55,316 nt of DNA from Chloroflexota bacterium (GTDB lineage: Bacteria; Chloroflexota; Limnocylindria; P2-11E), in the NCBI GenBank assembly GCA_005889295.1, contig VBEY01000231.1, forward strand, positions 1 to 55,316. The letters run 5' to 3'. Position numbers and translations under genes: made by a program. The stretch's first letter is position 1; each line of letters opens with the position of its first letter. Below, piece by piece: positions 52,442 through 55,316 of this stretch. Under the pieces are notes generated by a model, which had not been told where the DNA came from, ran no database searches, and saw only the letters and a list, made by a program, of their open reading frames with translations.

Positions 52442-53884
52442 TCAGGAGTGCTCGTCTTCCTCGTCGTGCTCGTGGTCAAAACCCTCGTTCGGATGCCCGA
52501 GGTACGGAAACTCGTCAAGGTATGGCTTCTCGCCGGCCTTCGGCGCGGCGTTGGAGGTCCCGTCGGTCAGAAGTCCCGCGGCGGCGTCGGCCTTGAAGTC
52601 GGACCGCACCAGCGGCAGCGTCACGCCCGCGACAGCCCGGAGTTCGATCGCGACGACGTTGTCGGCAACGCGCCTCCCATTCGGGAACCCCGCGAGGTCG
52701 CCACCCAGGAGACCAAAGGGGCTCGGGTCGCTTTTCTTGGGCGGGATCGCCATATTGAGGCGGAGCATGTCCGCGATCCGCGGACCCGTGAAGTTCTGGA
52801 AGCCGGCGATGATCCCCGACGGGAGCCCGGTCGCGAGGATCGCGACGAGGTCGGCACGTGGCCGGTCGGCGGCCGCGGTCGTCGTCAGCAAAGTCTTGAG
52901 ATTGGCGAACACGCCCGGATACAGCACCGGCAGCAGGTTCTGCAGCTCGGGGTTCTGGTAGTAAGGCAGGAAGTCTGAGTCGCGGTGCGGCTCGCGCGCG
53001 TTCCAGCGATCCTTGCGGCCCACCGGAATGATGACCTCGTTGATGAGTGGGTTGCCCAGGCGCGACACCTGGGTCCACCCGCCGGCGGAAGTGCGCTGGC
53101 CCTCGTCGGTCTGCACCGAGCCGCGTTGCCGGCTCGCGGTCGCCCACACGCCGATCACCGACTTCGCGTCCTTGACGTCAGTCGGCATGGATCCGTCCCG
53201 GGTGAGGTCGGTCTTCGGGACCTGGATCGCGATCGTGTGCACGTTGTAGCCCTTCGTACCGTCCTGGCCGCCGGCCATCGGCAGGGGGATGAGGTGAAGG
53301 TTCTGGAACGGGCGAAGGGCACCGAGATCGAAGATCGAGCCGAGATCCACGAAGAAGCCTTCATCGCGCTGGCCGGCGAAGACCTTTACTCCGTCGGGCA
53401 GCATGCGGATCGCGGCGTTCGCGAGGTTCGCGTAATTGGGGGTCGATCGCGGGCCGATCCGCACCGGTGGGCTAACGATGTTGCGTCCGAGGACCGTCCT
53501 GCGCCAACCGTCGTCGTCCCCCTCGTCGCTCCGCACCGCGCGCGTCACCGAATAGATCTGACGCACGTTCCATGAGGGGCTGCCCAGCGAGTCGATCGGT
53601 CCGGTGTTGTAGAGGAACGTCTCGGGGTTGGTTACGCGTGTCCGGAAGCGAAACTGGTACACGACGTCGGCCATGGCGTCACCGTCGTTGTCGATCTTGA
53701 CCTCGTACAGCACGTCGTCGCCGAACTGGTAGAAGTTCGGCCCACCCGCCGGCTCCTCGAGCGGGATGTAGTTGGCGAGGATCGTCACCTTGGAGCTGTC
53801 GACGGGATCCACGAATGCGTAGAGGTCGGTGTTGTCGGCGACAGGGTCCTTGGAGATCTCGGGAGCTTCACGATGCGACGACAT
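52442..53884 (-). CDS. DUF4331 domain protein without signal peptide
   Basis: Start chosen at ATG 53884, preceded by GGGAGG. It gives MSSHREAPEISKDPVADNTDLYAFVDP, the hallmark DUF4331 N-terminal motif. The tail is His/acid-rich (GFDHEHDEEDEHS). Confidence 0.85.
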   Translation of the reverse strand: MSSHREAPEISKDPVADNTDLYAFVDPVDSSKVTILANYIPLEEPAGGPNFYQFGDDVLYEVKIDNDGDAMADVVYQFRFRTRVTNPETFLYNTGPIDSLGSPSWNVRQIYSVTRAVRSDEGDDDGWRRTVLGRNIVSPPVRIGPRSTPNYANLANAAIRMLPDGVKVFAGQRDEGFFVDLGSIFDLGALRPFQNLHLIPLPMAGGQDGTKGYNVHTIAIQVPKTDLTRDGSMPTDVKDAKSVIGVWATASRQRGSVQTDEGQRTSAGGWTQVSRLGNPLINEVIIPVGRKDRWNAREPHRDSDFLPYYQNPELQNLLPVLYPGVFANLKTLLTTTAAADRPRADLVAILATGLPSGIIAGFQNFTGPRIADMLRLNMAIPPKKSDPSPFGLLGGDLAGFPNGRRVADNVVAIELRAVAGVTLPLVRSDFKADAAAGLLTDGTSNAAPKAGEKPYLDEFPYLGHPNEGFDHEHDEEDEHS

Positions 53885-54155
53885 CGGTGGCCTCCCTGGC
53901 GATGGCGATGAGTCGCGAGACGAGTCCCGAGTCGCGGCGAACAATCTCGCGCGTCCCGACCATCACCACGAGCTCGCCCCTTCGTGCGTCGCTGACGTAC
54001 GCGACGATGGGCTCGGCGGTCGCGTCGTTCGCCAGGACGGCTCCTCCGCCGATCCCGCGCGCCGCGGCGAGGAGTCCCATCGCGGCCGTGCCGGCCGCCG
54101 CCGCCTTTATGACCGTGCGACGTGAATGCGTGGACGTCAGAACTTTTCGCGTCAT
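53868..54155 (-). CDS. small (95 aa) protein with a twin-arginine (Tat) signal peptide
   Basis: ATG 54155 is preceded by GGGAGGA. MTRKVLTSTHSRRTVIKAAAAGTAAMGLLAAARG contains an S-R-R-x-V-I-K motif plus an Ala-rich h-region. Its 3' end overlaps the DUF4331 start by 17 nt and contains that gene's RBS. Confidence 0.6.
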   Translation of the reverse strand: MTRKVLTSTHSRRTVIKAAAAGTAAMGLLAAARGIGGGAVLANDATAEPIVAYVSDARRGELVVMVGTREIVRRDSGLVSRLIAIAREATDVVAS

Positions 54156-54230
54156 GTCTTCCTCCCGAAACGGCGAGTGCCGATCCGGCCGGGAGATACG
54201 CGAGGAGAAGCGCAAATGGATCACCGCACG

Positions 54231-54236
54231 TACGCT
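54231..54236 (+). promoter_or_regulatory. TACGCT -10-like hexamer 7 nt upstream of ATG 54244
   Basis: TACGCT-CGGCGCG-ATG with no Shine-Dalgarno sequence. Confidence 0.35.
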
Positions 54237-54243
54237 CGGCGCG

Positions 54244-55170
54244 ATGGACCGCAAAATCCGGTTCGCGACACAGAGCGGTGGTCAGCCGACCGGCGCCGAC
54301 TGGCTCGATCGGGCGAAGCGACTCGAAGACATCGGGTACGCAACGATCTCCATGCCGGATCACATGGTGGGCGGCGCGTGGAGCAACCTGCCCGCGCTCG
54401 GCGCGGCGGCGGCGGTCACGACCAGGCTCCGCCTCGGAAACCTCGTCCTCGACAACGATTTCCGCAACCCCGTGGTGCTCGCGCGCGAGTACGCGACGCT
54501 CGACGTGATCTCGAACGGCCGCGTCGAGGTCGGCCTTGGCGCGGGCTGGTACGACCGCGATTACCGGAGCACGGGCATTCGGTTCGACCGCGGCCGGGTC
54601 CGAGTCGCCCGGCTCGCCGAGGGCGTGACGCTCATGAAGCGCCTGTTCACGGAGGACGAAGTGACCTTCGAGGGCACCTATTACCGGACCTCCCAGTCGG
54701 AGTGCCGGCCCAAGACCGTGCAGCAGCCGCGGCCGCCGTTTCTCATCGCGGCGGGCGGTCCACAGATCCTCGAGCTTGCCGGCCGGGAGGCTGACATCGT
54801 CGCGGTGATCGCGCCCGGCGCCGGAGTGCGGCCGCCCGCGCCGGACGACGTCGCGGCCACCGGCGTGCGGAGACAGCTCGATCTCGTTCGCGCGGCAGCC
54901 GGCGCGCGCTTCGCCGAGATCGAGCTCAGCTGCTTCGTCGACGTCACGCTGACCGACGATCGCGAAAAGACGATCGCTGAGCTCGCCGAGAAGGGGAACG
55001 TCGACCCGGCCGTCCTCGGTTCCTCGGTGTATCGCGGCATCGGGACGCTCGACCAGATCCGCGAGCACATCGTTCGGGTCCGGCGCGAGACGGGCATTAC
55101 GTACTTCTGCCTGCGGGGGCCGCACGTGGAGGAGCTGGCGCCCGTGGTGAGAGACCTCGCAGGCACTTAG
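54244..55170 (+). CDS. LLM-class (luciferase-like) F420-dependent oxidoreductase
   Basis: MDRKIRFATQ... with SMPDHM, RLRLGNLVLDNDFRNPVVLARE and VEVGLGAGW. 308 aa. The upstream part of track ORF 53815..55170 is a shadow. Confidence 0.8.
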   Translation: MDRKIRFATQSGGQPTGADWLDRAKRLEDIGYATISMPDHMVGGAWSNLPALGAAAAVTTRLRLGNLVLDNDFRNPVVLAREYATLDVISNGRVEVGLGAGWYDRDYRSTGIRFDRGRVRVARLAEGVTLMKRLFTEDEVTFEGTYYRTSQSECRPKTVQQPRPPFLIAAGGPQILELAGREADIVAVIAPGAGVRPPAPDDVAATGVRRQLDLVRAAAGARFAEIELSCFVDVTLTDDREKTIAELAEKGNVDPAVLGSSVYRGIGTLDQIREHIVRVRRETGITYFCLRGPHVEELAPVVRDLAGT

Positions 55171-55187
55171 CGCTCGCTCGCCCGGCC

Positions 55188-55193
55188 TAGACT
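55188..55193 (+). promoter_or_regulatory. TAGACT -10-like hexamer 6 nt upstream of ATG 55200 (third plus-strand copy of TAGACTCGGGCG)
   Basis: CTAGACTCGGGCG followed directly by ATG. Confidence 0.45.
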
Positions 55194-55199
55194 CGGGCG

Positions 55200-55316
55200 A
55201 TGGCCGACCTCGCGATCGTCGCATTCGTCCTCGTCGGGGCAGTCATCGGCTTCTCAAAGGGGTTCGTCCTGCCGCTCGTGGCGGCGGGCGGGGCGCTCAT
55301 CACCACGACGTTCCTC
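55200..55316 (+). CDS. CvpA-like membrane protein, 5' part only
   Basis: Own reading: MADLAIVAFVLVGAVIGFSKGFVLPLVAAGGALITTTFL. It resembles CvpA N-termini and runs off the window. Confidence 0.5.
   Translation, partial: MADLAIVAFVLVGAVIGFSKGFVLPLVAAGGALITTTFL

Noticed and set aside
53785-55224. 479-aa minus-strand ORF, and the 5' extension of plus-strand ORF 53815..55170
   Set aside because: The minus-strand ORF is antisense to the LLM oxidoreductase. The plus-strand ORF upstream of ATG 54244 overlaps the better-supported minus-strand Tat-signal ORF and the DUF4331 start, and it has no LLM similarity.
1-55316. Looked for mobile elements, prophage, defence islands, toxin-antitoxin pairs, tRNA/rRNA genes and riboswitch-like leaders
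   Set aside because: No integrase, transposase or recombinase, phage structural gene, or nuclease/ATPase defence-type protein was recognised in any frame. No tRNA-like T-arm or acceptor pattern was seen. Intergenic regions are short. I cannot exclude small ncRNAs without covariance-model scans.

Overview
GC-rich bacterial chromosomal window with a strong G/C bias at third codon positions. I call about 60 protein-coding genes. I found no rRNA, tRNA, CRISPR array, transposase or integrase. Many long ORFs in the track are antisense or out-of-frame shadows of real genes, as expected at this GC content.

Gene content, left to right:
- GNAT and DinB genes, then an acyl-CoA dehydrogenase / small protein / SDR operon, and mgsA.
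- An isocitrate-lyase-family gene under a divergent LysR regulator.
- A second acyl-CoA dehydrogenase plus thioesterase, and a YggT-family gene.
- A tightly coupled minus-strand run from the FecR-like gene (17639) to acs (9434): FecR-like, serine hydrolase, thyA, folA, acuC, Yip1-like, DUF983, acs.
- A LuxR-type regulator, a cyclic amidohydrolase, then prfA-DUF1385-rpmE-rpmA-rplU.
- An ECF sigma / anti-sigma module followed by a MacAB-type exporter.
- argS-MFS-htrA, and two GH57 glycogen enzymes flanking rplY.
- A malEFG-like transporter followed by treT, then a Rieske oxygenase.
- A small Tat-signal protein coupled to a DUF4331 gene, an F420-type LLM oxidoreductase, and the start of a cvpA-like gene.

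The gene set (F420-type LLM, leaderless-type promoters, TTGTCCACA-type DnaA boxes) suggests an Actinomycetota/Chloroflexota-like lineage. This is inference only.

Most notable observations:
1. A Tat-signal mini-protein is translationally coupled to a DUF4331 protein that has no signal peptide and whose predicted mature N-terminus is S-S-H.
2. A perfect 34-bp palindrome contains two divergent GTG start codons and back-to-back TAGACT boxes. Its 12-mer TAGACTCGGGCG recurs directly against two more start codons.
3. Three DnaA-box 9-mers lie within 60 bp of one intergenic region.
4. An ECF-sigma-linked MacAB-type exporter has an adaptor with a roughly 330-residue helical insertion.
5. A Cys-rich 49-codon ORF sits between a LysR regulator and the isocitrate lyase gene.
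6. An MFS transporter encodes its first two helices in frame but has no canonical start codon.
7. A 2 x 72-bp tandem repeat lies between convergent genes.

Start/stop overlaps (ATGA, GTGA) are pervasive. All functional calls come from reading the translations by eye; no database search was run.
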